Source: Cytophagales bacterium (GTDB taxonomy: Bacteria; Bacteroidota; Bacteroidia; Cytophagales; Cytophagaceae). From it: a stretch of 64,000 bases of DNA. The notes beneath the pieces were generated by a model. It did no database searches and had not been told where the DNA came from. It worked only from the letters and a program-made list of their open reading frames with translations. The position numbers and the translations under genes are program-made. Shown here in pieces: positions 37,316-45,600 of the stretch. The stretch's first letter is position 1, and every line of letters begins with the position of its first letter. The stretch lies in NCBI GenBank assembly GCA_004294225.1, contig REBA01000029.1:2648-66647 (forward strand), given 5' to 3'.

Positions 37316-37921
37316 ATGAACCAAAAGCTAGTTATTGAACAAAAAAGAGGACGGCAGCTTAGAAAGTATCAGATATTGGATGACGAAATTAAAGCTGAGT
37401 TAAGGACCGACAGCACATATCGAGCCTTTTCATTTAAGTTTGACGACATTGAATTCAATGAAATGGTTGTTGATACTAAACCAAATCCAGTTGAGATTGG
37501 CTTATTCCTATCAGTACTGTTTAACTTAATGTTCAGTGTGATTTTAATTTCGGACTGGGCCGAGAAAATGCAAATTGGAACAGTTGGGGTTTCTTCGACA
37601 TTAATTGGTGTGGTGAGTGGAATGAGTATTTGGACTTACAACCTATTCAGGTTTGAACGCGAGAAAATACTCAAAGGAACGCAAAATATATTCCTGTTTT
37701 ATTCGAAGAAGGATCAGCAAGAAGTGGACGACTTTATACAAGTACTAAAGAACAAACAAAAGGAATATTTTAGAAAAACATATATGTATTTTGACGATAC
37801 ATTAGACTTGTGGACTTACGAAAGCAGACTTAAGTGGCTCTTAGAGAAAAGGTTTATTGAAAAAGAAGAATATAAGAATCTTCAAGAAGAAATTACCAAC
37901 AGACGACTTTTGGGCGACTAA
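37316..37921 (+). CDS. Hypothetical membrane protein (cassette 2)
   Basis: A 201-aa protein with two central hydrophobic segments, 'IGLFLSVLFNLMFSVILI' and 'VSSTLIGVVSGMSIW'. No recognisable domain. Confidence 0.5.
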   Translation: MNQKLVIEQKRGRQLRKYQILDDEIKAELRTDSTYRAFSFKFDDIEFNEMVVDTKPNPVEIGLFLSVLFNLMFSVILISDWAEKMQIGTVGVSSTLIGVVSGMSIWTYNLFRFEREKILKGTQNIFLFYSKKDQQEVDDFIQVLKNKQKEYFRKTYMYFDDTLDLWTYESRLKWLLEKRFIEKEEYKNLQEEITNRRLLGD

Positions 37922-37933
37922 ACTGCAATCCAA

Positions 37934-37980
37934 AACTAAGTCTTCGTAGTGTCTGGAAACCAAGCCAAGATGCTGTTGAA
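37934..37980 (+). repeat. Module E, copy B (degenerate hairpin) after cassette 2
   Basis: AAAACTAAGTCTTCGTAGTGTCTGGAAACCAAGCCAAGATGCTGTTGAA aligns with copy A, but the stem pairing is poorer. A further similar stretch, ..GGTGTTTTGGGTAAGTGATTAT, runs to about 38022. Confidence 0.4.
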
Positions 37981-38212
37981 AGTTAACTTTGCTAGTGGTG
38001 TTTTGGGTAAGTGATTATCTGATTTTGATACTATTCAAAAAAATGTATTTTTCTAAAACATCATTTCCCCTCATGGTGAATCCATTATTGGTATAGGATA
38101 GCATGAATTTCTGACCTAGTTTTTCTTTAATCAGCTTAAATAAGTATATTTTTTCTACAGCGGAATCTAGGCTCATTATCAGATAGACTAATATTTTGTT
38201 GCATAATTCTTG

Positions 38213-38220
38213 TAACTTTG
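38213..38220 (+). promoter_or_regulatory. Candidate -7 promoter box (TAACTTTG)
   Basis: Matches TAnnTTTG, 38 nt upstream of the ATG at 38258. Confidence 0.3.
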
Positions 38221-38257
38221 AAAAAAACTATTGTAAAAATCTTATTATTCTATCAAA

Positions 38258-39202
38258 ATGCTTGATTTCTTTAGACGTTTAAAGGCAACTTATATGATGT
38301 ATAATTTCTTTCAGAAAGATGCATTGGTTCATAATGTAGCCTTGTATAGAAAGTATGGGGTCAAGAAAAAATATTTTTCTACTGTTTCTAGCAAAGATTT
38401 TAAGCATTTGCCGGCATCATCTCTTATTGCCAACACAAGTTCAAGAATAAAAGAGACTACGCTATTCAAAAATCAAGATGCCAATAACCAAGAAAGCATG
38501 CTTGGGTATGATCAGAAAGGGTATTTAATTCTTAGAAATTATTTGTCAGAAGATAAGGTAGATACCCTCAATCAATCAATAGATCAACTGATTGAGTCAG
38601 GGCAAGTAAGTTTTAAGTATGGTAAAAAAATAATGTTTGCTATCCACTTATTACCCATGTTGGCGAGTATAGGATACGAGCAACAACTGCAAGAATTACT
38701 GAATGTACTAATTGATGGTGAAGCAAAGCTTTTCCAGAGTATAAATTTTATTATGGGAAGTGAACAAAAAACGCATTCAGATTCTTTTCATATGACCACA
38801 TATCCTCTGGGGGGATTGCTTGGAGTTTGGTTAGCTTTGGACGATATAGATGAGTCTAATGGACCACTTCATTATTACCCTGGAAGCCATCTTTTACCTT
38901 ATTATCTCAATTCGGATTATGATAATGAAGGCAATTATTTTATGATTGGCAAAAAAACCTACAAAGCTTACGAAGCCATGATTGCTAAAAAAATAGTACA
39001 GCAAGGATTAAAAAAAGAAATTTTTAAAGCAAAGAAAGGTGATTTATTGATATGGCATGCCAACCTATTTCACGGAGGTGAGCCTCATTTAGATAAAACT
39101 AAGACTAGAAAAAGTGTTGTATTTCATTTTTTTAAAAAAGATTCCATTTGCTATCACGAGATTACCCAAAGGCCGACCTTGATGAAGAAATTTCAAAAAT
39201 AG
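38258..39202 (+). CDS. Phytanoyl-CoA dioxygenase (PhyH)-family Fe(II)/2-oxoglutarate oxygenase
   Basis: Contains 'THSDSFHM' (HxD), 'GVWLALDDIDESNGPLHYYPGSH' and 'LIWHANLFHGG'. Confidence 0.7.
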   Translation: MLDFFRRLKATYMMYNFFQKDALVHNVALYRKYGVKKKYFSTVSSKDFKHLPASSLIANTSSRIKETTLFKNQDANNQESMLGYDQKGYLILRNYLSEDKVDTLNQSIDQLIESGQVSFKYGKKIMFAIHLLPMLASIGYEQQLQELLNVLIDGEAKLFQSINFIMGSEQKTHSDSFHMTTYPLGGLLGVWLALDDIDESNGPLHYYPGSHLLPYYLNSDYDNEGNYFMIGKKTYKAYEAMIAKKIVQQGLKKEIFKAKKGDLLIWHANLFHGGEPHLDKTKTRKSVVFHFFKKDSICYHEITQRPTLMKKFQK

Positions 39203-39220
39203 TCTATTTTAAAATTAGGC

Positions 39221-39973
39221 TTATTCTGTTTTTCTAGACCAGTCTAATTGATGAAAAAAAGCAACTCGTAGGGTGTGTATTTTTTCAAAATTCACTCCTG
39301 ATGCTCGTTGAATAAATACATTGATATAGTGGATTTGTAAATTGTATTTACTATTGAATTTGTAACCTAAGCCTAAAATTAACCTGTTCTGGTCAAAATA
39401 ATTTAGCACTACACCAGAGCCAAAATTCACAAAAAATTCATCTGCTAAAATCAAATAGGGTCGATGTGGTTTTAGTTCTTTTCCCCATAAAGGAATTTGA
39501 AGATTGAACTGGTATCTTAATCGTAAAGTAAAATTATAATTTTCCCTTTTAGTGGAGTTTTGAATAAAACGTTCTTCAGCCCTTAGTCTATGGCTTATAT
39601 TCACTCTGCCTTCAGAAGAAGAGGTTTGAAATTGTTGGAAAAAGCGATGTTCGTTTCTAAAAAAACCATCAGTATTTTGATAAGCATAGGAACCAAAATA
39701 GGCATAACCGGCCAATAATTGATTAGAAGAAGATAGCTGATATCCCAAGCCTGGACGAAAAGAAATTAATTGGGTAGCTTTGTAAAAATCAAATGCCCTG
39801 TATGCACCATCGAAGTAGAAAAAATATTTTTTAGACAGCTTGGCATTTAAGAAATATTGATACCAGCCTACATTAAATTCTGATGTTGATTTTGCAGGGT
39901 TCTGAGCAAAAGCGGATGAGCTTATTTGAAAAGAAATAAAAACAAAAAACAATCTTAAAAACAGCTTATACAA
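39221..39973 (-). CDS. DUF2490-like outer-membrane protein
   Basis: Has a signal peptide 'SSAFAQ' and contains 'FRPGLGYQL...LLAGYAY...RNEHRFFQQ...ISHRLRAEERF'. Confidence 0.55.
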   Translation of the reverse strand: MYKLFLRLFFVFISFQISSSAFAQNPAKSTSEFNVGWYQYFLNAKLSKKYFFYFDGAYRAFDFYKATQLISFRPGLGYQLSSSNQLLAGYAYFGSYAYQNTDGFFRNEHRFFQQFQTSSSEGRVNISHRLRAEERFIQNSTKRENYNFTLRLRYQFNLQIPLWGKELKPHRPYLILADEFFVNFGSGVVLNYFDQNRLILGLGYKFNSKYNLQIHYINVFIQRASGVNFEKIHTLRVAFFHQLDWSRKTE

Positions 39974-40164
39974 TTAGGAGTATTTTTTTAGATTTTAAAA
40001 ATAAAAATTTGATAATTAAATTTACAACTTATAAGAAAATTACTCATCTATTTATAAATTATTTATTTTAATAAGAAGACTATTCTATCGTTTTCTACTA
40101 TAAATCGGTTTATAAACTATTCTATTGATTGTTGATTATTCCTGTTTGATTTTATTGAAGTTTA

Positions 40165-40180
40165 TTGCAACATTGTTGCG
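40165..40180. promoter_or_regulatory. 7-1-7 palindrome, copy 1 (TGCAACA-T-TGTTGCG)
   Basis: TTGCAACATTGTTGCG has one mismatch from a perfect palindrome. It lies 99 nt upstream of the ATG at 40279. Confidence 0.4.
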
Positions 40181-40278
40181 ATTAAAAGTATATTGATTAA
40201 TATTGTATTAGAATCGATTTTAATTTGTTGGAAATATATTACTTCTAAAATAATATTGAAAAGCTTCTTGTATTTTAT

Positions 40279-41112
40279 ATGAAAAAAAAATATTCTACAA
40301 TATTCATTTTATTTTATCTCATTGGAATATACATAATGAGTTGTATAAGTTCTTGTGTCAATAAAAATGTTGAACCAGAAGTGAATACTAAAGAAAAGCC
40401 TACTATTAGCATTGTTTCCCAAAACATTCCTTCGGTAACTGCTCCTTTGTGCAAGGCAAGTTTTGATAATGTACTAAAAATTAATACTGGAGTAGATTTG
40501 AAAATTAAATTTAGGTTCAGAGCAGCAAACAATTTATCGGAATACAAGGTAGATGCTCATAATAATTTTGATTGTCATACCCATAGGAAAAGGGTTTTAA
40601 CTAAGCCTTGGAAACTCTTAAAAATAGTCAGTTTACAAGGAAAAGATGTTTTGATAGAGGAGACTATTACTATTCCTACGGACGCATCAGCTGGTAATTA
40701 TCATCTTATTTTTCAGTTGATTGATGACTTAGGGAATGAAGCTGTTCCGGTGGAGTTCAACGTGATTATATTAAACAGTAATGACACAATTAGTCCAACG
40801 ATTGAATTGACTCAACCAAGCATTGATTCAATTTCTGTGGCTAGGGGAAATATGCTCAATATTGCTGGAATTATTGGAGACAATATTTCTTTGAATGGTG
40901 GAAAGGTTGAAATTTCCTATATAGATTCGGCAGGTACACAGTTTGATATTGAACAATTAAATTTTTCTCCTACTCAAGGAAATAAATATTTGCTCAACTA
41001 TAATTATATTATTCCTAGTTTTTCGGTTAAAGGGGCTAGTGTTTTTTATATTCGTGCTTTTGATGAAGTGAATAACGTAACTTCAAAACAGCTGAAAGTA
41101 ATGATTAATTGA
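40279..41112 (+). CDS. DUF4625-like lipoprotein (two Ig-like modules) upstream of the TonB-dependent receptor
   Basis: Has a lipobox-like 'MSCISSC' and 'YKVDAHNNFDCHTHRK', which resembles the His-rich signature I associate with DUF4625. Confidence 0.45.
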   Translation: MKKKYSTIFILFYLIGIYIMSCISSCVNKNVEPEVNTKEKPTISIVSQNIPSVTAPLCKASFDNVLKINTGVDLKIKFRFRAANNLSEYKVDAHNNFDCHTHRKRVLTKPWKLLKIVSLQGKDVLIEETITIPTDASAGNYHLIFQLIDDLGNEAVPVEFNVIILNSNDTISPTIELTQPSIDSISVARGNMLNIAGIIGDNISLNGGKVEISYIDSAGTQFDIEQLNFSPTQGNKYLLNYNYIIPSFSVKGASVFYIRAFDEVNNVTSKQLKVMIN

Positions 41113-41131
41113 TATTTAAAATCACAAAAAA

Positions 41132-43270
41132 TTGTATTTCAGAATTACCATTTGTAAATCTGTTCTTTTCTTATCAGTATTTCAATACGATGTTACTTTA
41201 GCACAATCTCAGGGCAAAGATAGCTTGAATATATTTCAAGAAATAGTTGTAAAGGCACCAGCCAAATCTGAGCAGGATATAGGAAAAACATTAAATTATG
41301 AAGTGTTAAACGCAGAATACTTAACTAGGAATCAGGGCAATACTTTTGTGAATTCCTTAGAAAGATTACCAGGAATTAGTGCTATTAATGTTGGCGTTGG
41401 AATATCAAAACCAGTAATAAGAGGTTTGAGTCTGAACCGTGTCATGGTCAATGAATATGGTATTAAACAAGAAGGTCAGCAGTGGGGTTCAGACCATGGA
41501 ATAGAAATAGATCAATATAATGTAGATAGGGTAGAGGTGGTAAAAGGTCCAGTCTCTGTTTTATATGGGTCTGATGGAATAGGTGGGGTAATCAATATTT
41601 ATCCATCCTTACTGCCTCAAAGAAATACAATTAATGGAGATTTTCTTATGAATTATAAATCCAATAATGATTTGTTTGGTTCTAGCATTAAGCTACAAGT
41701 CAATAGAAATGATGTTTACGCTATAGCACGGTGTACTTTTCAAGATTATGCAAGTTATAGAGTTCCAGCCAATGAATTTACTTACAATGGTTACGTGTTG
41801 CCTATTTATAACCAACGCCTAAAGAACACTGCTGGAAATGAAATCAATTTTTCTATACTTACTGGAATTCAAAGAAAATGGGGCTTTAGTAGAGTGCTCT
41901 TCTCTAATTTCAATCAACATGCTGGTTTTTTTGTGGGGGCATTCGGTGTGCCAAGAGCATATCAATTATTTGATGATAAAAAACCTAGAAATATTGACCT
42001 CCCTAATCAGAATATAAATCATTTTAAAATTGTTTCGAATACTTTTTTCGCATTCAATAAAAATTATTTAGAAATAGATTTAGGCTACCAGTCAAATACA
42101 AGAGAGGAATATTCTCGCCCACATGCACATGGCACAGCAGATACATCCTTTGGTAATTTAGCACTAAGGCTTATTTTAAACACCTATACTGCAAACCTTA
42201 AATTTACCCACCTTATTAAAAAAAAAAAAAAAAATATTTATGGCATAAATACCCAATATCAAGCCAACCAAAAGTCGGGACACGAATTTTTGATACCTGA
42301 TTTCAAAACAAACGCATTGGGAATATTTGTATTTTCAGAGCATAAGCCTAAAGCACATTTTATTATTTCTGGTGGTTTAAGACTTGATTATGCTGCACAG
42401 AAATCCGCATCTTATTTTCGATCTATTTATGACGGACAGCTCAATTTTCTCAAACATGAACAAGTAGCACCTTCTCTTGATAGAAACTATATTAGTTCAT
42501 CGGGTTCAATAGGTTCATCCTATCTCTTTAAAGAGTTTTGGAAATTAAAAACCAATTTAGGTTCTGCTTTTAGGGTTCCAGTTATTGCTGAGTTAGCAGC
42601 AAATGGTGTGCATCATGGAACATTCAGGCATGAGCAAGGCGACTCTACATTATCACCAGAAAGAGGTTATATGCTTGACGTAGGTCTATACTATAAAAAG
42701 AAAAAAATCGAGATAGATTTCACACCTTTTTTTAATTATTTCAGCAACTATATTTACCTAAGCCCAAGTGCAAGATTCTCTCCATTGCCAGATGCAGGAC
42801 AAATATATAAGTATAAAGCATCTACGGCTTTTTTTGGAGGTTTTGAGAGTAATATTAATTATAATTTAAACCAATATGTTTCCAATGAAATATCTATAGA
42901 ATATGTCTGGAATAAAAACCTTATGAGTGGATTGCCATTACCCTTTACACCACCATTTTCTGTTTTAAATGAGATAAAAATACATCCATTCCAAACTAAA
43001 CAGCTAAAAGATTTTAGTTGTGATATAATAGGTCAATATTTCTCTGCTCAAAGGCGAGTCGATAGAAATGAACCCACAACCGATGCTTATTTTTTACTAC
43101 ATTTTTCCTTATCAAACACCTTCTGTATGGGTAAAACCAAACTCAATTTTTATTTTCAGATAAGAAATGTAGCCAATACAAGGTACATGAACAATATGAG
43201 TCGTTATCGTTTGTTGAATTTACCAGAACAAGGAAGAAATTTTCAGGTTTTATTAAAATACTCTTTTTAA
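41132..43270 (+). CDS. TonB-dependent outer-membrane receptor
   Basis: The plug domain contains 'RLPGISAINVGVGISKPVIRGL' and 'VEVVKGPVSVLYGSDGIGGVINI'. The C-terminal barrel ends '...NFQVLLKYSF'. The start codon is TTG. Confidence 0.85.
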   Translation: MYFRITICKSVLFLSVFQYDVTLAQSQGKDSLNIFQEIVVKAPAKSEQDIGKTLNYEVLNAEYLTRNQGNTFVNSLERLPGISAINVGVGISKPVIRGLSLNRVMVNEYGIKQEGQQWGSDHGIEIDQYNVDRVEVVKGPVSVLYGSDGIGGVINIYPSLLPQRNTINGDFLMNYKSNNDLFGSSIKLQVNRNDVYAIARCTFQDYASYRVPANEFTYNGYVLPIYNQRLKNTAGNEINFSILTGIQRKWGFSRVLFSNFNQHAGFFVGAFGVPRAYQLFDDKKPRNIDLPNQNINHFKIVSNTFFAFNKNYLEIDLGYQSNTREEYSRPHAHGTADTSFGNLALRLILNTYTANLKFTHLIKKKKKNIYGINTQYQANQKSGHEFLIPDFKTNALGIFVFSEHKPKAHFIISGGLRLDYAAQKSASYFRSIYDGQLNFLKHEQVAPSLDRNYISSSGSIGSSYLFKEFWKLKTNLGSAFRVPVIAELAANGVHHGTFRHEQGDSTLSPERGYMLDVGLYYKKKKIEIDFTPFFNYFSNYIYLSPSARFSPLPDAGQIYKYKASTAFFGGFESNINYNLNQYVSNEISIEYVWNKNLMSGLPLPFTPPFSVLNEIKIHPFQTKQLKDFSCDIIGQYFSAQRRVDRNEPTTDAYFLLHFSLSNTFCMGKTKLNFYFQIRNVANTRYMNNMSRYRLLNLPEQGRNFQVLLKYSF
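42218..42234 (+). repeat. Poly(A) tract of 16-17 nt inside the receptor CDS, encoding KKKKK(N)
   Basis: Read directly from the sequence. My count from the printed blocks is 16 A, whereas the supplied translation 'LIKKKKKNIYG' implies 17. Confidence 0.8.
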
Positions 43271-43287
43271 ATTATTTATATTTTTTA

Positions 43288-43303
43288 TTGCAACATGGTT
43301 GCA
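43288..43303. promoter_or_regulatory. 7-1-7 palindrome, copy 2 (TGCAACA-T-GGTTGCA)
   Basis: TTGCAACATGGTTGCA lies 18 nt after the receptor stop codon and is followed by TTTTAT. It could also act as a weak terminator hairpin. Confidence 0.4.
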
Positions 43304-43325
43304 TTTTATAAACAATACTGCTATT

Positions 43326-43341
43326 TTGCAACATTGTTGCA
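43326..43341. promoter_or_regulatory. 7-1-7 palindrome, copy 3 (perfect TGCAACA-T-TGTTGCA)
   Basis: TTGCAACATTGTTGCA ends 17 nt upstream of the ATG at 43358. Confidence 0.45.
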
Positions 43342-43357
43342 TTAAATAAATAAAAAC

Positions 43358-45529
43358 ATGAGAAAAAAAATCCTTTACGGAATAACATTAGTAATTGCTT
43401 TGACATCATATGATGTAGACGCTCAATTAGGTACTTGGAAGTACCAGAATCCATCACCTGGCCCTAATGGGCAAAATTCGCTCAAAGTAGTGAATGAGAA
43501 AACCGTTTATGTTGGTGGTTGGGGTGGATATATAGCAAAAACGATTAATGGAGGAACTACTTGGACAGATTGTACTCCACCTTCAAATGATGGAATTGGA
43601 GCGCTTGAGTTTATCAATGACACTGTAGGTTTTGCATCTGGTGAATTAGGTAAATTATACAAGACCCAAAATGGAGGAATGTCTTGGACTATAATTCAAC
43701 TTCCTGATTCTACTATGTACATTGGTGATATGTTTTTTATTAACCAGAATGTAGGCTTTATAGGAGGAATGACATTTGGATCAAATGGTGATAGCACTTA
43801 TATCGCTAAGACAACAGATGGTGGTTTGACTTGGGTCAATTTTAAAAATCTTAAAAGATTTCCTCGTAACATAGCTAAAATCCAAGCATTTTCATCAGAT
43901 ACCATCATGGCTTTTGGTTTTGCATCAGAATACGATGGTACTATGTTTACTTGCTCGCACGATGGTGGAAAGTCATGGACTAATGTTTTTTCATTACCTA
44001 ATGTAGGTAGTAGTAATTACAGTCAAGGTACTATGCATTTTCTAAATAATAAAGAAGGATATTTGTTTTGTACTACGCCTGACACCATTTTAAAAACTAT
44101 GGATGGCGGATTGACATGGCAAAGCGGAGGTGTGCTGAAACTTTCAAAAGGTACAGATTTTTTCCCTAATACATTACATTATTTCAATTCTAAAGAAGCA
44201 GTAGCTTTTGCATCTTATGCAGCGGATGCAATATACACCAGTGATGGAGGAATTACATGGAGTAATAGTGTACAATCATCTAATACTTCCTGGATATATT
44301 CAATGAAATTTGCAAAAAAATCTTTAGTAGGATATGCTAATGGTGGTGGTGGCGAGGTATTAAAGACCATTGATGGAGGAAAAAATTGGGCTTCAGTGCA
44401 GAGCCCGCTTAGAACCACCCAATGGGGTGTTGATTTTCTAGACAATCAAAATGGATTTACTTGTGGAAACAATGGTACAATCTATAAAACGACCAATGGT
44501 GGTATATCTTTTATGGAATTAAAAACTGGCTTAAAATCGAGATTGACAAGTATTCAAAAAATTAAAAATACTCAAATAATTTATGCCTGTGGATTTGAAG
44601 GCAAGGTATTAAAAAGTGTTAATGATGGAAATGATTGGACAGTCTTAAATACTGAAGTAAAAAACAATCTTAATAGTATCTATTTTGTTGACAAAGACTT
44701 GGGAATAGCCGTAGGTGATAGTGGTACGATTATTAAAACTATTAATGGTGGAACCACTTGGGCTTCAATAAATGCGTCTACAAAAGCTAAGTTGAATAGA
44801 GTAAAGATTAAAGATGTCAATGTATATATCTGTAGCGACACTCTAGAAGGTGGCTTAGGCGTTTTTTATAAAAGTCATAATTTAGGGGATTCTTTTAGCA
44901 AAATTAATATTTCAGGTTATCCTGAATCTTTCTTCGGTTTATCATTTATTAATGACTCTACTGGTCATATGTGTGGAACTACTGGCACTATTATCAAAAC
45001 AACAGATTATGGAAAAACATGGTCTCAGATGCTTACCAATACCACCGATGAATTTTTTGATGTTGAATTTGCTGACGAATCAAGAGGCATAGCTGTAGGT
45101 AACTTTGGTTTAATTTACGAAACCAGCGATGGTGGTGAGACTTGGGATCAAAATCAAGGTGTAATTACTGTTGCTTTATATGATTTATCTTATACAGATA
45201 TTAATAATGCTTGGGCTGTAGGTAGAACCGGAGGTGTTGCTAAATACACCAATAACTTTAAACCAACAAGTGTTAAATCTGTAGTTTCAAATTTTACTAA
45301 TCTACAACTGTTCCCTAACCCTAGTAATGGAAAAATCAATATCAGTACTAATGAAAAAATTAACCAATTAGAATTAATTAATTATTCGGGAACTGTAATC
45401 AAAAGTAGTTCTTTCAATGAGTCTCAAATTACTTATAATATTCCCGAAAATTTATCAGAAGGAATATATTTTATTAGGTTAATTGGAGACCAAGGATCTA
45501 AAACAACCAAAATAGTTTTTACTAAATAG
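43358..45529 (+). CDS. BNR/Asp-box (Ycf48-like) tandem beta-propeller protein with a T9SS type-A CTD
   Basis: About 12 repeats of the 'T.(D/N)GG.TW' type, for example 'TINGGTTWTD', 'TQNGGMSWT', 'TTDGGLTWV', 'SHDGGKSWT' and 'TSDGGETWD'. The CTD reads 'LQLFPNPSNGKINIST...GIYFIRLIGDQGSKTTKIVF'. Confidence 0.75.
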   Translation: MRKKILYGITLVIALTSYDVDAQLGTWKYQNPSPGPNGQNSLKVVNEKTVYVGGWGGYIAKTINGGTTWTDCTPPSNDGIGALEFINDTVGFASGELGKLYKTQNGGMSWTIIQLPDSTMYIGDMFFINQNVGFIGGMTFGSNGDSTYIAKTTDGGLTWVNFKNLKRFPRNIAKIQAFSSDTIMAFGFASEYDGTMFTCSHDGGKSWTNVFSLPNVGSSNYSQGTMHFLNNKEGYLFCTTPDTILKTMDGGLTWQSGGVLKLSKGTDFFPNTLHYFNSKEAVAFASYAADAIYTSDGGITWSNSVQSSNTSWIYSMKFAKKSLVGYANGGGGEVLKTIDGGKNWASVQSPLRTTQWGVDFLDNQNGFTCGNNGTIYKTTNGGISFMELKTGLKSRLTSIQKIKNTQIIYACGFEGKVLKSVNDGNDWTVLNTEVKNNLNSIYFVDKDLGIAVGDSGTIIKTINGGTTWASINASTKAKLNRVKIKDVNVYICSDTLEGGLGVFYKSHNLGDSFSKINISGYPESFFGLSFINDSTGHMCGTTGTIIKTTDYGKTWSQMLTNTTDEFFDVEFADESRGIAVGNFGLIYETSDGGETWDQNQGVITVALYDLSYTDINNAWAVGRTGGVAKYTNNFKPTSVKSVVSNFTNLQLFPNPSNGKINISTNEKINQLELINYSGTVIKSSSFNESQITYNIPENLSEGIYFIRLIGDQGSKTTKIVFTK

Positions 45530-45539
45530 TTTTCACTTC

Positions 45540-45575
45540 GACATCGCATTTGTAGCCATTATACAATGCGATGTC
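45540..45575 (+). terminator. Hairpin after the BNR gene
   Basis: GACATCGCATT (45540-45550) pairs with AATGCGATGTC (45565-45575), an 11-bp perfect stem 10 nt after the stop codon. The tail is A/T-rich. Confidence 0.5.
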
Positions 45576-45600
45576 TTAATAATCTTAATAATTTTATATT

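Noticed and set aside
36864-37980. The hairpin modules E_A and E_B as genuine integron attC sites (a CALIN-type array)
   Set aside because: E_A has an attC-like shape: AAC...GTTGAAC flanks, an imperfect stem and a 3-nt loop. However, the two copies conserve sequence rather than structure, and E_B pairs poorly. The 5' flank (CTAAAAAC) fits RYYYAAC badly. Each ORF is also preceded by a 287-bp repeat that attC cassettes do not have, and no intI is in the window. I kept this only as one hypothesis within the cassette finding.
38015-38176. A 53-aa minus-strand ORF (MSLDSAVEKIYLFKLIKEKLGQKF...NSIKIR) after module E_B, possibly a third, inverted cassette
   Set aside because: It looks protein-like, but it is short, has no recognisable motif and has no evident promoter. 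It cannot be told apart from a chance ORF in AT-rich DNA without comparative data.
43272-43457. A 61-aa minus-strand ORF across the palindrome-containing intergenic region
   Set aside because: It overlaps the promoter and start of the BNR gene and spans the regulatory palindromes, with no recognisable features.
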